Source: an uncultured Opitutia bacterium | Lineage (GTDB): Bacteria; Verrucomicrobiota; Verrucomicrobiia; Opitutales; UBA953 | Reading direction: 5' to 3' | Assembly: GCA_903860195.1 (NCBI GenBank) | Contig: CAIOPO010000061.1 | Location: 1 to 60,897 of the forward strand | Length of the DNA stretch: 60,897 bases | Part shown: piece after piece, positions 24,899 through 33,515 of the stretch | Position numbering within the stretch: the first letter of the stretch is position 1 | Layout of the letters: every line of letters starts with the position of its first letter | Program-made: the position numbers and the translations under genes | Notes under the pieces: model-generated | Told to the model about the DNA's origin: nothing | Databases searched by the model: none | What the model saw: the letters and a program-made list of their open reading frames with translations, nothing else

Positions 24899-27621
24899 CA
24901 GCCGAGGGCGGCCAGCATGCGCGCCAGTTCATCCCGCCTCGCCTTCGCTTCCTCGAGCTGACGTCGGGCGCCTTCGAGGATCTGGGGTGGGGCCTTGGAG
25001 ACGAAGGATTCGTTCGAAAGCTTGGCTTCGCCGGCCGAAACGGCCTTCTCGGCCTTCTCAAGTTCCTTGCCGATGCGGACTTTTTCGGCGGCGACGTCGA
25101 CATTGGCCCCCATCTCCAGCACCACCGTGCCCAAGGGCGTGAGCGATCCGGGCCGCCCCCCGAGGTCGGCGGCGAACTTGATTTCGGAGAGTCCGGCCAG
25201 GCGGCACAGCTTGTCCTGGGCGGATTCGACGATCGCGCGGGCCGCTTCGTCCTTGGTCTGAAGGGAGACGGACAAATCCTTGCGTGTCGCCTGTCCGGCC
25301 TGCGACTTGAGCGCCCGTACTGCCGCCACGAACTCCCGCAGGGCGACGACGGTGGCCACGCGCGTGGCCGCGGGCTTGATGCCGTGGTCCCGGAGCGCCT
25401 TGAGGAGATCGCCCCCCGTCCCCGTGTGGTGACGCTGGATGAAGTCGGCGGGGCCCCCGTAGCCTAGCAGATGCCAGAGCTCTTCGCTGATGAAGGGAGC
25501 GACGGGGTGGAGCATCAGGAGGAACTGGCGCAGCACCAGGTCCTGCACGGCGAGGCAGGAGTCGCGCAGGGCCGGGTCCGCCAGCCTCGATTTCGAGGCC
25601 TCGACGTACCAGTCGCAGAAATCGCCCCAGAAGTAGGCGTACAGCCCCTGGGCGTAGGCGGTGAACTCGTGTTCCGCCAGATTGCGGTTGGTGGCGTCGG
25701 TGAGTTCCGCGAGGCCGTGCAGGATGGCGAAGTCATCGTCATCGAGCTTGCCGGGGGCGATGCGGGAGATCACCGCGGCCAAGGAGGAGTTGTCCGACAT
25801 CGGTCCGGACATCTGCCGGAACCTCGCCGCGTTCCAGAGCTTGTTGCAGAAGTTGCGTCCCTGGGCCACGCGGTCCTCGTCGAAGAGGATGTCCTGACCC
25901 TTGGGGGCGATGGAAAGCAGTCCGAACCTCAGTCCGTCGGCGCCGAACTTCGCGATGAGGTCGAGCGGCTCCGGCGAGTTGCCGAGCGACTTGGACATCT
26001 TGCGGCCCAGCTTGTCGCGGATGATGCCGTTGAAGTAGACGCGCCGGAAGGGAACCCGGGCGCGGATCTCGTCCTCGCTCAGAGTCTTCTTCTCGGGGCC
26101 GTGCAGCTCCAGGCCCGCGATGATCATGCGAGCCACCCAGAGGAAGATGATGTCCGGTCCGGTGGCGAGCGCGCCCGTCGGGTACCAGTGCTTCAGCTCC
26201 GGGGTGGTCTCGCCCGGCTTGCGCCAGCCGATCGTCGCCAGGCACCAGAGCCAGGAGGAGGCCCAGGTGTCGAGCACGTCGGCGTCCTGCTCCCAGCCGG
26301 ACGGATCGGCCGGGGGCGTGAGGGCGACGTGCCGGTTGGCGGGGTCGTTGCGGTCGGCGCCCTTCCGATACCAGACCGGGATGCGGTGTCCCCACCAGAG
26401 CTGACGGCTGACGCACCAGTCCTGGATGTTGTCCAGCCAGTGCAGATAAGTCTTCGTCCAGCGTTCCGGATGGAAACGGATGATGCCCGAGGTGACGGCC
26501 CGCTTGGCTTCCTCGACCTTCGGATAGCGGATGAACCACTGTTCGCTAAGGCGCGGCTCGATGGGGACGTCGGCCCGTTCGGAGTAGCCCACAGTGTTCT
26601 CATAGGGCTCGGTCTTGACGAGCGCGCCCAGTTCCTCGAGCAGCTTGCCGGCGGCCTCGCGCGCCTTGAAACGCTCCATTCCGGCCAGCGGACCGGCGTC
26701 CGCCGACATGGTCCCGTCGGGATTCATCACGTCCAGCACCGGCAGGGAGTGTCGGCGTCCGATCTCAAAGTCCGTCCGGTCGTGGGCGGGCGTGACCTTG
26801 AGCACGCCCGTGCCGAACTCCTTGTCGACCGCGGCGTCACCGACCACCGGGATCTTGGCCTTCGGGAAGGGACGCCAGACGTGTTTTCCGATCAGATGGC
26901 GGTAGCGTTCGTCCTCCGGGTGGACCGCGACGGCCGTGTCACCGGGAATCGTCTCCGGCCGCGTGGTCGAGATCTCGAGGTAGGTCCCGGGCAGTTCGGC
27001 CACCTCGTAGCGCATCCGGAAGAGCTGGCCCTTGGAGGGCTTCATGACGACCTCTTCGTCGGAGAGGCCCGTCTGTGAGACGGGGCACCAGTTGACCATG
27101 CGCTTGCCACGGTAGACGTAGCCTCGTTCGTAGAGCGTCACGAACGCCTGGAGGACGGCCTGGGAATAGCCGGCGTCCAGCGTGTGCACCGTCCGGTCCC
27201 AGTCACAAGAGGCCCCGAGCTTGCGCAGCTGCGAAAGGATGATGCCGCCGTGCTTGTCGCGCCATTCTGAAGCGGCCTCGAGGAACTTCTCCCGTCCGAG
27301 GTCATGCCGGGTCTTGCCCTGCTTCTGCTTGAGCTCGCGTTCCACCCTGGACTGCGTGGCGATGCCCGCGTGGTCGGTCCCGGGCAGCCAAAGGGCGGAT
27401 TTGCCCTCCTGCCTGGCACGACGGACCATGATGTCCTGCAGCGTGTTGTTGAGCAGGTGTCCCATGTGCAGCACGCCTGTCACGTTGGGCGGAGGGATCA
27501 TCACCGCGAAGGGTTCCCGGGTCGGATCGACCTTTCCCTTGAAGCAGCCCGACGAGACCCAGAGGTCGTACCAGCGCTGCTCGACTCCCTGGGGGTCGTA
27601 GGACTTGGGTATTTCGGCCAT
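24898..27621 (-). CDS. valS: Valine--tRNA ligase
   Basis: 907 aa. HIGH-type motif PPNVTGVLHMGH, KMSKS motif GRKMSKSLGN and a C-terminal coiled coil. Confidence 0.97.
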   Translation of the reverse strand: MAEIPKSYDPQGVEQRWYDLWVSSGCFKGKVDPTREPFAVMIPPPNVTGVLHMGHLLNNTLQDIMVRRARQEGKSALWLPGTDHAGIATQSRVERELKQKQGKTRHDLGREKFLEAASEWRDKHGGIILSQLRKLGASCDWDRTVHTLDAGYSQAVLQAFVTLYERGYVYRGKRMVNWCPVSQTGLSDEEVVMKPSKGQLFRMRYEVAELPGTYLEISTTRPETIPGDTAVAVHPEDERYRHLIGKHVWRPFPKAKIPVVGDAAVDKEFGTGVLKVTPAHDRTDFEIGRRHSLPVLDVMNPDGTMSADAGPLAGMERFKAREAAGKLLEELGALVKTEPYENTVGYSERADVPIEPRLSEQWFIRYPKVEEAKRAVTSGIIRFHPERWTKTYLHWLDNIQDWCVSRQLWWGHRIPVWYRKGADRNDPANRHVALTPPADPSGWEQDADVLDTWASSWLWCLATIGWRKPGETTPELKHWYPTGALATGPDIIFLWVARMIIAGLELHGPEKKTLSEDEIRARVPFRRVYFNGIIRDKLGRKMSKSLGNSPEPLDLIAKFGADGLRFGLLSIAPKGQDILFDEDRVAQGRNFCNKLWNAARFRQMSGPMSDNSSLAAVISRIAPGKLDDDDFAILHGLAELTDATNRNLAEHEFTAYAQGLYAYFWGDFCDWYVEASKSRLADPALRDSCLAVQDLVLRQFLLMLHPVAPFISEELWHLLGYGGPADFIQRHHTGTGGDLLKALRDHGIKPAATRVATVVALREFVAAVRALKSQAGQATRKDLSVSLQTKDEAARAIVESAQDKLCRLAGLSEIKFAADLGGRPGSLTPLGTVVLEMGANVDVAAEKVRIGKELEKAEKAVSAGEAKLSNESFVSKAPPQILEGARRQLEEAKARRDELARMLAALG

Positions 27622-27654
27622 CGGAAGTGAGACGACTAGGGACTAAGAAGGAGA

Positions 27655-27683
27655 TTGAAAAGCGTGGAGTGACACGGCATCAA
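27655..27683 (+). promoter_or_regulatory. Candidate sigma70-type promoter for the SRP RNA gene
   Basis: TTGAAA (27655-27660), a 17-nt spacer, then CATCAA (27678-27683), about 7 nt upstream of the predicted RNA 5' end. The -10 element is weak. Motif-by-eye only. Confidence 0.3.
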
Positions 27684-27687
27684 TGAA

Positions 27688-27790
27688 GGCAAGCCAGGCC
27701 CCATGCAGCGGGCCGACGACGAACCCCGCCAGGTCCGGAAGGAAGCAACGGCAGTCGACCGGAACGTGTGCCGTGGTAAGCCTGGCCCTT
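27688..27790 (+). ncRNA. ffs: Signal recognition particle RNA (small bacterial 4.5S type)
   Basis: It contains the near-invariant domain IV sequence CCAGGUCCGGAAGGAAGCAACGGCAG (E. coli 4.5S has CAGGUCCGGAAGGAAGCAGCCAAGGCAG). The 5' gccaggc/ccatg pairs with the 3' cgtgg/gcctggc to close a long hairpin. It is followed by a T-run (27789-27794). It lies in the only sizeable intergenic region. The ends are approximate. Confidence 0.85.
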
Positions 27791-27834
27791 TTTTCTGACC
27801 GCTATCCAGCGTATAGCCGTCGGGGTGAAACAGA

Positions 27835-27860
27835 GAGGGCGCCCCGCGCGGGACGCCCTC
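27835..27860 (-). terminator. GC-rich hairpin downstream of lpdA (possible terminator)
   Basis: gagggcg (27835-27841) pairs with cgccctc (27854-27860), with an inner ccc/ggg extension. On the minus strand it is followed by tctctgtttc, which is only moderately U-rich. Confidence 0.4.
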
Positions 27861-27879
27861 ATGACGCATGTCGCCGCGA

Positions 27880-29280
27880 TCAGAGCGAGTGGATGCTCGA
27901 CTTGCTGACGGCCATCGCGGCTTCCTTGAAAGATTCGCTGATCGTCGGGTGGGCGAAGCAGGTGCGGGCGACATCTTCGGCGCTGCCGCCGTATTCCATG
28001 TGCGCGCACGCCGCGGCGATCATCTCGGAAGTGCCGCGGCCGACCATCTGGACGCCGAGCACCTTGTCGGTCTTGGCGTCGGCGATGACCTTGATGAGGC
28101 CCGTGGTGGCGTCGGAGGCGATGGCGCGCCCGTTGCCCTGGAGCTGGAACTTGCCGACCTTCACCTCGAGCCCCTTGGCCTTGGCCTCGGTCTCGGACAT
28201 GCCGACGCAGGCGACCTCGGGATCGGTGTACACCACGCCGGGGATGACCGCGTAATTGACGTGTCCGTGCTTGCCGGCGATGTTCTCGGCGCAGGCCACG
28301 CCTTCCTCCTCGGCCTTGTGGGCGAGCATGGGTCCCGCCACGACGTCACCGATGGCGTAGACGCCCGGCAGGTTGGTCTTGAAATGTCCGTCGATGACGA
28401 TGCGGCCGCGCTCATCGAGCTTGAGGCCGGCCTCGACCGCGCCCAGTCCGGTGGTGTTGGCCTTGCGTCCCACGGCGACGAGAATGCGGTTCGCGGGGAA
28501 CTCGAGGACCTTGCCGTCGCGGTCGGCGGTGAGGGCGACGCCGGCGGCGCTCTTCTTCACTCCGGTCACCTTGGCCCCGAGTTCGAACTTGATGCCCTGC
28601 TTCTCAAAGGCGCCCTGGGCGGCCTTGGCGACGTCGGGGTCATAGGCGGGACCGCAGATGCTCGTGAGCATCTCGACGACCGTCACCTGCGAGCCCAGCC
28701 GGGCCCAGACGCTTCCGAGCTCGAGGCCGATGGCGCCGGCGCCCACCACCACCATGCGCTCGGGCACGGAGGGCAGGGCGATGCCCTGGTCGGAAGAGAT
28801 CACGGTCTCGCCGTCGAACTTCATGAAGGGCAGCTCGATGGGCGAGGATCCGGTGGCGATCAGGATGTTCTTCGTGTCCAGCGTGCGGTCGCCGGAGGCG
28901 CCGCGCACGAGCACCTGGCCCGGCTTGCCGAGCCTGCCCAGGCCACGGACGATCTCGACGCCGCGCTTGGTGGTGAGGAATTCGACCCCCTTGTTGAGCT
29001 GGGCGACGACCTTGTCCTTGTTGGCCATCATCGCGGCGACGTCGAAGGTGAGCTTCTCCGCGCCCTGCAGTCCGTGCTTCTTGCCCTCGCGCGCGAGATG
29101 CCAGACTTCGGTCGAGTGCAGCAGGGCCTTCGAGGGGATGCAGCCGACGTTCAGGCAGGTGCCCCCGAGGGTGGGGTCCTTTTCGACGAGGGCCACTTTC
29201 AGCCCGAGCTGGGCGGCCTTGATGGCGGCCACGTAGCCTCCGGGGCCGGAGCCGATTACGACGAGGTCAAATTGGGACAT
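27880..29280 (-). CDS. lpdA: Dihydrolipoyl dehydrogenase (E3)
   Basis: FAD motif VVIGSGPGGY, redox-active disulfide GGTCLNVGCIPSK, and C-terminal HAHPT-type motif (CFAHPTISE). Confidence 0.95.
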   Translation of the reverse strand: MSQFDLVVIGSGPGGYVAAIKAAQLGLKVALVEKDPTLGGTCLNVGCIPSKALLHSTEVWHLAREGKKHGLQGAEKLTFDVAAMMANKDKVVAQLNKGVEFLTTKRGVEIVRGLGRLGKPGQVLVRGASGDRTLDTKNILIATGSSPIELPFMKFDGETVISSDQGIALPSVPERMVVVGAGAIGLELGSVWARLGSQVTVVEMLTSICGPAYDPDVAKAAQGAFEKQGIKFELGAKVTGVKKSAAGVALTADRDGKVLEFPANRILVAVGRKANTTGLGAVEAGLKLDERGRIVIDGHFKTNLPGVYAIGDVVAGPMLAHKAEEEGVACAENIAGKHGHVNYAVIPGVVYTDPEVACVGMSETEAKAKGLEVKVGKFQLQGNGRAIASDATTGLIKVIADAKTDKVLGVQMVGRGTSEMIAAACAHMEYGGSAEDVARTCFAHPTISESFKEAAMAVSKSSIHSL

Positions 29281-29297
29281 GGGTAGGGTGTGAGGGT

Positions 29298-30557
29298 TCA
29301 GATTCCGAAGAGGAGGGGCTGCGGGTCCTCGATGGCCTGGCGGACCTTGACGAGGAAGGTCACCGCTTCCTTGCCGTCGATGATCCGATGGTCATACGAG
29401 AGCGCCAGGTACATGATCGGACGGATGACGATCTGGCCGTTCTCGACCACGGGACGCTCCACGATGTTGTGCAGGCCCATGATGGCGGCCTGCGGGTGGT
29501 TGAGGATGGGGGTGGAGAGCATCGAGCCGTAGATGCCGCCGTTGGAGATGGTGAAGACGCCTCCCTGGAGCTCAGGGAGCTGGATCTTGCCGTCGCGGGC
29601 CCGCTTGCCGAAGTCGCCGATGGCCTTCTCGATGCCGGCGAAGGTGAGCTGGTCGCAGTCCCGGACGACGGGGACCATCAGTCCCTTGTCGGTCCCGACG
29701 GCCACGCCGATGTCGAAGAAGTTGTTCTCGACGATCTCGTCGCCGTCGAGCTGGGCGTTGACCTGGGGGACTTCCTTCAGCGCCCTGACCGCCGCCTTCA
29801 CGAAGAAGGACATGAAGCCCAGCTTGACGCCGTGCTTCTTCAGGAAGTCCTCGCCGTGACGTTTGCGCAGCTCCATCACCGGCGCCATGTTCACCTCGTT
29901 GAAGGTGGTGAGCATCGCCGCCTCGGACTTCGCCTGGACGAGCCGTTCGGCGATCTTTTTGCGCAGAGGGGACATCTTGCGACGCGTGGTCCTGCCGTCG
30001 CGGGAAGGGATGGAGACGGGCGCGGGCGCGGCGGCCGGAGCGGAGGCCGTGGACGAGACGGGCGCGGCGGCGGTGGCGGGAGCGGAGGACTTAGCGCCGC
30101 CCGCGAGCGCCGCGAGCATGTCGCCCTTGGTGACACGGCCAGCCTTGCCGCTTCCGGAGACGGACGCCGGGTCGAGGCCGGTTTCCGCCGAAAGCCGGCG
30201 GACCGCGGGCGACACTTCGGCGGCGGCGCCTGACTTCGGCGACACGGGAGACGGTGCCGGCTTGGCGGCGGCAGGGGCGGCCTGAGGCGCGGCAGGAGCC
30301 GCAGCCGGGGCGTTGCCGGCGGCTCCGGCCTCAATGGCGGCCACGACCTGTCCGACGAGCACCTCCGTGCCGGCCGGGACCTTGATTGAGATCCGGCCGT
30401 CGACTTCCGCGGTGGCCTCTGAAGTCACCTTGTCGGTCTCGAAGGAGAAAAGCGGCTGACCCTTGCGGACGGCATCGCCGTCCTTCACGAGCCAGGTCGC
30501 CAAAAGACCCCCCGTGATGGATTCGCCAGAAGGAGGTATTTTGACGTCGACAGCCAT
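29298..30557 (-). CDS. sucB: Dihydrolipoyllysine-residue succinyltransferase (E2 of 2-oxoglutarate dehydrogenase)
   Basis: Lipoyl domain with ETDKV, Ala/Pro linker, E3-binding segment (SPAVRRL) and catalytic SYDHRIIDG. Confidence 0.92.
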   Translation of the reverse strand: MAVDVKIPPSGESITGGLLATWLVKDGDAVRKGQPLFSFETDKVTSEATAEVDGRISIKVPAGTEVLVGQVVAAIEAGAAGNAPAAAPAAPQAAPAAAKPAPSPVSPKSGAAAEVSPAVRRLSAETGLDPASVSGSGKAGRVTKGDMLAALAGGAKSSAPATAAAPVSSTASAPAAAPAPVSIPSRDGRTTRRKMSPLRKKIAERLVQAKSEAAMLTTFNEVNMAPVMELRKRHGEDFLKKHGVKLGFMSFFVKAAVRALKEVPQVNAQLDGDEIVENNFFDIGVAVGTDKGLMVPVVRDCDQLTFAGIEKAIGDFGKRARDGKIQLPELQGGVFTISNGGIYGSMLSTPILNHPQAAIMGLHNIVERPVVENGQIVIRPIMYLALSYDHRIIDGKEAVTFLVKVRQAIEDPQPLLFGI

Positions 30558-30657
30558 GAAGGTGAGCAGCGCAGATTTACCCTCGATGGGTCAGATTTCA
30601 ATGGGAAATGGGCGATTTTTGAGGCCCAACCCCCTGTTCTGATGCCTTCGGAGGGGC

Positions 30658-33381
30658 TTAGGGGGCGAAAGCCTGCCTCAGGACGTCCGCCTGTTCGATC
30701 TTGTGAACGGACAGGGATCCCACCGCAGGGGAGGCCGCGGCGTCGCGGCCGGCGTACTTGGGGCGAATGCCGACGGCTTGTTCAATCTGTTCGGCGACGA
30801 AGGTCCAACCGCCCATGTTCCGGGGTTCGTCCTGGACCCAGACCACCTGCGAGGGTGAACCACATTCCTTGTGGGCTGCGACCAGCGCCCCCGTGTCGAA
30901 CGGGTAGAACTGTTCGACGCGCGCGATGGCGGTGGACGTGTCGCCCAGCCGGGCCCTCTCGGCCTCAAGTTCGAAGTAGACCTTGCCAGAGCAGAGCAGA
31001 AGCCTGCGGGCCGACTTGATTCCTCCCTGGTCTGGGATCACGGCCTTGAACGTTCCCTTGGTGAAATCCTCGAGCGAGCTGACGCACGATTTGTGGCGAA
31101 GCAGGCTCTTGGGCGTCATCACGACGAGCGGCTTGCGGTGTTCGGATTTGACCTGCCGACGGAGGGCGTGGAACAGCTGGGCGGGCGTCGAGGGCTGGGC
31201 CACCTGGATGTTGTTCTCCGCGCAAAGCTGCAGGAATCGCTCCAGTCGCGCCGAAGAATGCTCCGGACCCTGTCCTTCGTAACCATGGGGCAGCAGCATC
31301 ACGAGGCCGCTCGTCTGCGCCCACTTCGACTCCGCCGAAGCGATGAACTGGTCGATCATGATCTGGGCTCCGTTCGAGAAGTCGCCGAACTGCGCCTCCC
31401 AGATGACGAGCGCGTCCGGGGATTCCAGGGAGTAGCCGTAGTCGAATCCGAGCACGGCGTATTCCGAAAGGGAAGAGTTCACGAACTCCACGCCGGCGCC
31501 GCCGGCGGCGGACAGGGGGACGTGTTCGGCGTCATTGGAGGGGTCGTGCAGCACCCCGTGACGGTGCGAGAAGGTGCCGCGCTCGCAGTCCTGCCCGGAG
31601 ATGCGGACCGGGTGGCCTTCCGCCAGCAACGTCCCGAAGGCGAGACCCTCGCCCAGGCTCCAGTCATAATTGGATCCGGAGCGATAGGCGTCAGCGCGGA
31701 TGTCCAGCATGCGCTTGATCTTGGGATTGGGCGTGAAGTCCGGAGGCATCTCCCAGAGGCAGGGCGCCACGCGTTCGATGAGCTCGACCGGCACGGCGGT
31801 CTCGGCCGTGTGGGAGTAAGGCGAGGCGAACGGACGCAGTCCCGGGGACTCTCCCTTCCGGGCCTCGATGTCGGCGGACAGGGAGGCGCGGGCGCGGTCA
31901 AGCGCGGCGTTCAGGAGCACGTCGATCTCCGTCCGGAGCGCGAGCAGTTCGCCGTCGGGGGCAGCCTTCGTCTCCATGAGTCGCTTGGCGTAGACCTCGC
32001 AGGGGGAGGGGAAGGAGGCGATGGTCCGGTAGAGGATGGGCTGGGTGAAGAGCGGCTCGTCGGTCTCGTTGTGGCCGTAGCGACGGTAGCAGACGATGTC
32101 TACGACCGCGTCGGCCGCGAACTTCTGGCGGTATTCGAAGGCGATCTCCGCCGCCAGCGCGACCGCGTCCGGGTCGTCCCCGTTCACGTGGAACACGGGC
32201 GCCTCGACGAACTTGGCGATTTCCGTGCAGTGATGTCCGGTCCGGGCCTCGTCGGGCGCCGTCGTGAAGCCGATCTGATTGTTACTGACGAAATGCACCG
32301 TGCCGCCGACCGCGTAGCCCTTGAGGGCGGCGAGATTGAGCGTCTCCATGACGACTCCCTGTCCGGCGAAGGCGGCGTCGCCGTGGAGCAGCACCGGGAG
32401 GATGGACGAGCGCGGCGTCTCCTGGATGTCCGCCCGGGCCCGCGCCCGGCCGAGGACGACCGGATTGACGGCTTCGAGGTGGCTGGGGTTGTAGGCCAGC
32501 GTGACGGCGACTTTGGCTCCGCCGACCGTCCTCTCGCCCTCGTAGCCGAGGTGATACTTCACGTCGCCGTCGCCCGAGGAGGTGTCGGGAATGTGCTTCT
32601 CATCGAAGGCCTTGAAGAGCGCCTCCGCCTTCTTGCCGCAGAAATTGACGAGCACGTTGAGACGGCCGCGGTGCGCCATGCCGAGGATGATGTCGCTGAC
32701 CTTCGCGGCGGGCGCCCGGTCGACCAAGGTCTCCAGGGCCACCATGAGGGACTCTCCGCCCTCGATCGAGAAGCGCTTGGCGCCGACGTAGGTGCGGTGC
32801 AAGAACCGTTCGAACTGCTCGGCCTGCACCATCGTGCGGAGGAAGCGCCGGCGCCTTTCGGAGTCGTGGGACGGCTTGAGCCCGGAGGACTCCACGCGGT
32901 CCTGCAGCCAGCGCCGACGCGCGCCGTCCTGGATGTGCGCATACTCGACCGTGAGCGTGCCGCAATAGGTGGCGCGGAGACGGTTCAGGATTTCGGAAAG
33001 AGGGAGCGTCTGGCCTCCGAGGAAGTCGCCGGTGTGGAACGTGCGGTCAGGCGCGATTCCATCGAGGCCGAGGGCGCGATCCGTCAGCTCATGGCAGGGG
33101 GTCGGTTCACCGAGGGGACTGAGCTTGGCCTGCCTGTGGCCGAGCATCCGATAGGACTGGATGGCGGCCAGCACCTTGAACTGGGCGCCGAGGTCGCCGG
33201 TGACGGGAGCGCCGGCGGCGGCACCCTTGGCAGGCTTGGGCGGAAGACTCAGCCCGAGTTCGAACCCTTCGAAAAACGCCCTCCATTCGGCGTCGACTGA
33301 AGAAGGGTCTTTCGACCACTGCTCATGGTAGGAGGCGACAAGGTCAGCGTTCCAACGACTTCCGACACTGAGATGCTTCAT
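30658..33381 (-). CDS. sucA: 2-oxoglutarate dehydrogenase E1 component
   Basis: 907 aa. It shows typical SucA N-terminal and ThDP-binding regions (LRATYCGTLTVEYAHI, GMAHRGRLNVL, LHGDAAFAGQGVV). Gene order is sucA-sucB-lpdA. Confidence 0.95.
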   Translation of the reverse strand: MKHLSVGSRWNADLVASYHEQWSKDPSSVDAEWRAFFEGFELGLSLPPKPAKGAAAGAPVTGDLGAQFKVLAAIQSYRMLGHRQAKLSPLGEPTPCHELTDRALGLDGIAPDRTFHTGDFLGGQTLPLSEILNRLRATYCGTLTVEYAHIQDGARRRWLQDRVESSGLKPSHDSERRRRFLRTMVQAEQFERFLHRTYVGAKRFSIEGGESLMVALETLVDRAPAAKVSDIILGMAHRGRLNVLVNFCGKKAEALFKAFDEKHIPDTSSGDGDVKYHLGYEGERTVGGAKVAVTLAYNPSHLEAVNPVVLGRARARADIQETPRSSILPVLLHGDAAFAGQGVVMETLNLAALKGYAVGGTVHFVSNNQIGFTTAPDEARTGHHCTEIAKFVEAPVFHVNGDDPDAVALAAEIAFEYRQKFAADAVVDIVCYRRYGHNETDEPLFTQPILYRTIASFPSPCEVYAKRLMETKAAPDGELLALRTEIDVLLNAALDRARASLSADIEARKGESPGLRPFASPYSHTAETAVPVELIERVAPCLWEMPPDFTPNPKIKRMLDIRADAYRSGSNYDWSLGEGLAFGTLLAEGHPVRISGQDCERGTFSHRHGVLHDPSNDAEHVPLSAAGGAGVEFVNSSLSEYAVLGFDYGYSLESPDALVIWEAQFGDFSNGAQIMIDQFIASAESKWAQTSGLVMLLPHGYEGQGPEHSSARLERFLQLCAENNIQVAQPSTPAQLFHALRRQVKSEHRKPLVVMTPKSLLRHKSCVSSLEDFTKGTFKAVIPDQGGIKSARRLLLCSGKVYFELEAERARLGDTSTAIARVEQFYPFDTGALVAAHKECGSPSQVVWVQDEPRNMGGWTFVAEQIEQAVGIRPKYAGRDAAASPAVGSLSVHKIEQADVLRQAFAP

Positions 33382-33515
33382 AAATTAATGAGCGTTAAAT
33401 GCCCTATCGTTTTAACCTGCCGACGGTTCCCTACAAGTCCAGACGGGTGTGGAAAAATCCACAAGATTGGGGATTGAGTCCAAGTTTCCCGTCAGGTTTG
33501 CTGAATGACGCGTCG
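33382..33515. promoter_or_regulatory. Divergent promoter region between sucA and the SNF2 helicase gene (locally AT-richer)
   Basis: This is the only clearly AT-enriched stretch in this neighbourhood (aaattaatgagcgttaaatgccctatcgttttaacc...). It lies between two divergent starts. No specific boxes are claimed. Confidence 0.3.

Noticed and set aside
27868-29286. A 472-aa ORF almost exactly mirroring lpdA on the opposite strand. Similar long antisense ORFs occur at 1736-3439, 4115-5965, 25471-27078, 30871-33300, 36076-37497 and 47888-49423.
   Set aside because: All lie opposite genes with unmistakable conserved motifs. Their translations are low-complexity (G/R/A/D/H/V-rich) without motifs. 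Strong third-position GC bias keeps the complementary frame open. There is no evidence for overlapping genes.
30558-30657. The 100-nt sucA-sucB spacer, checked for structured RNA or a small ORF.
   Set aside because: Only a weak 5-bp CCCCT/AGGGG pairing is present, with no conserved motif I recognise. An ordinary intercistronic spacer is the simplest reading.
33399-33515. An upstream ATG that would extend the SNF2 helicase by 39 codons.
   Set aside because: It sits 18 nt from the divergent sucA start, inside the AT-rich promoter-like spacer. The added peptide (MPYRFNLPTVPYKSRRVWKNPQDW...) is not helicase-like. It cannot be fully excluded without N-terminal or TSS data.
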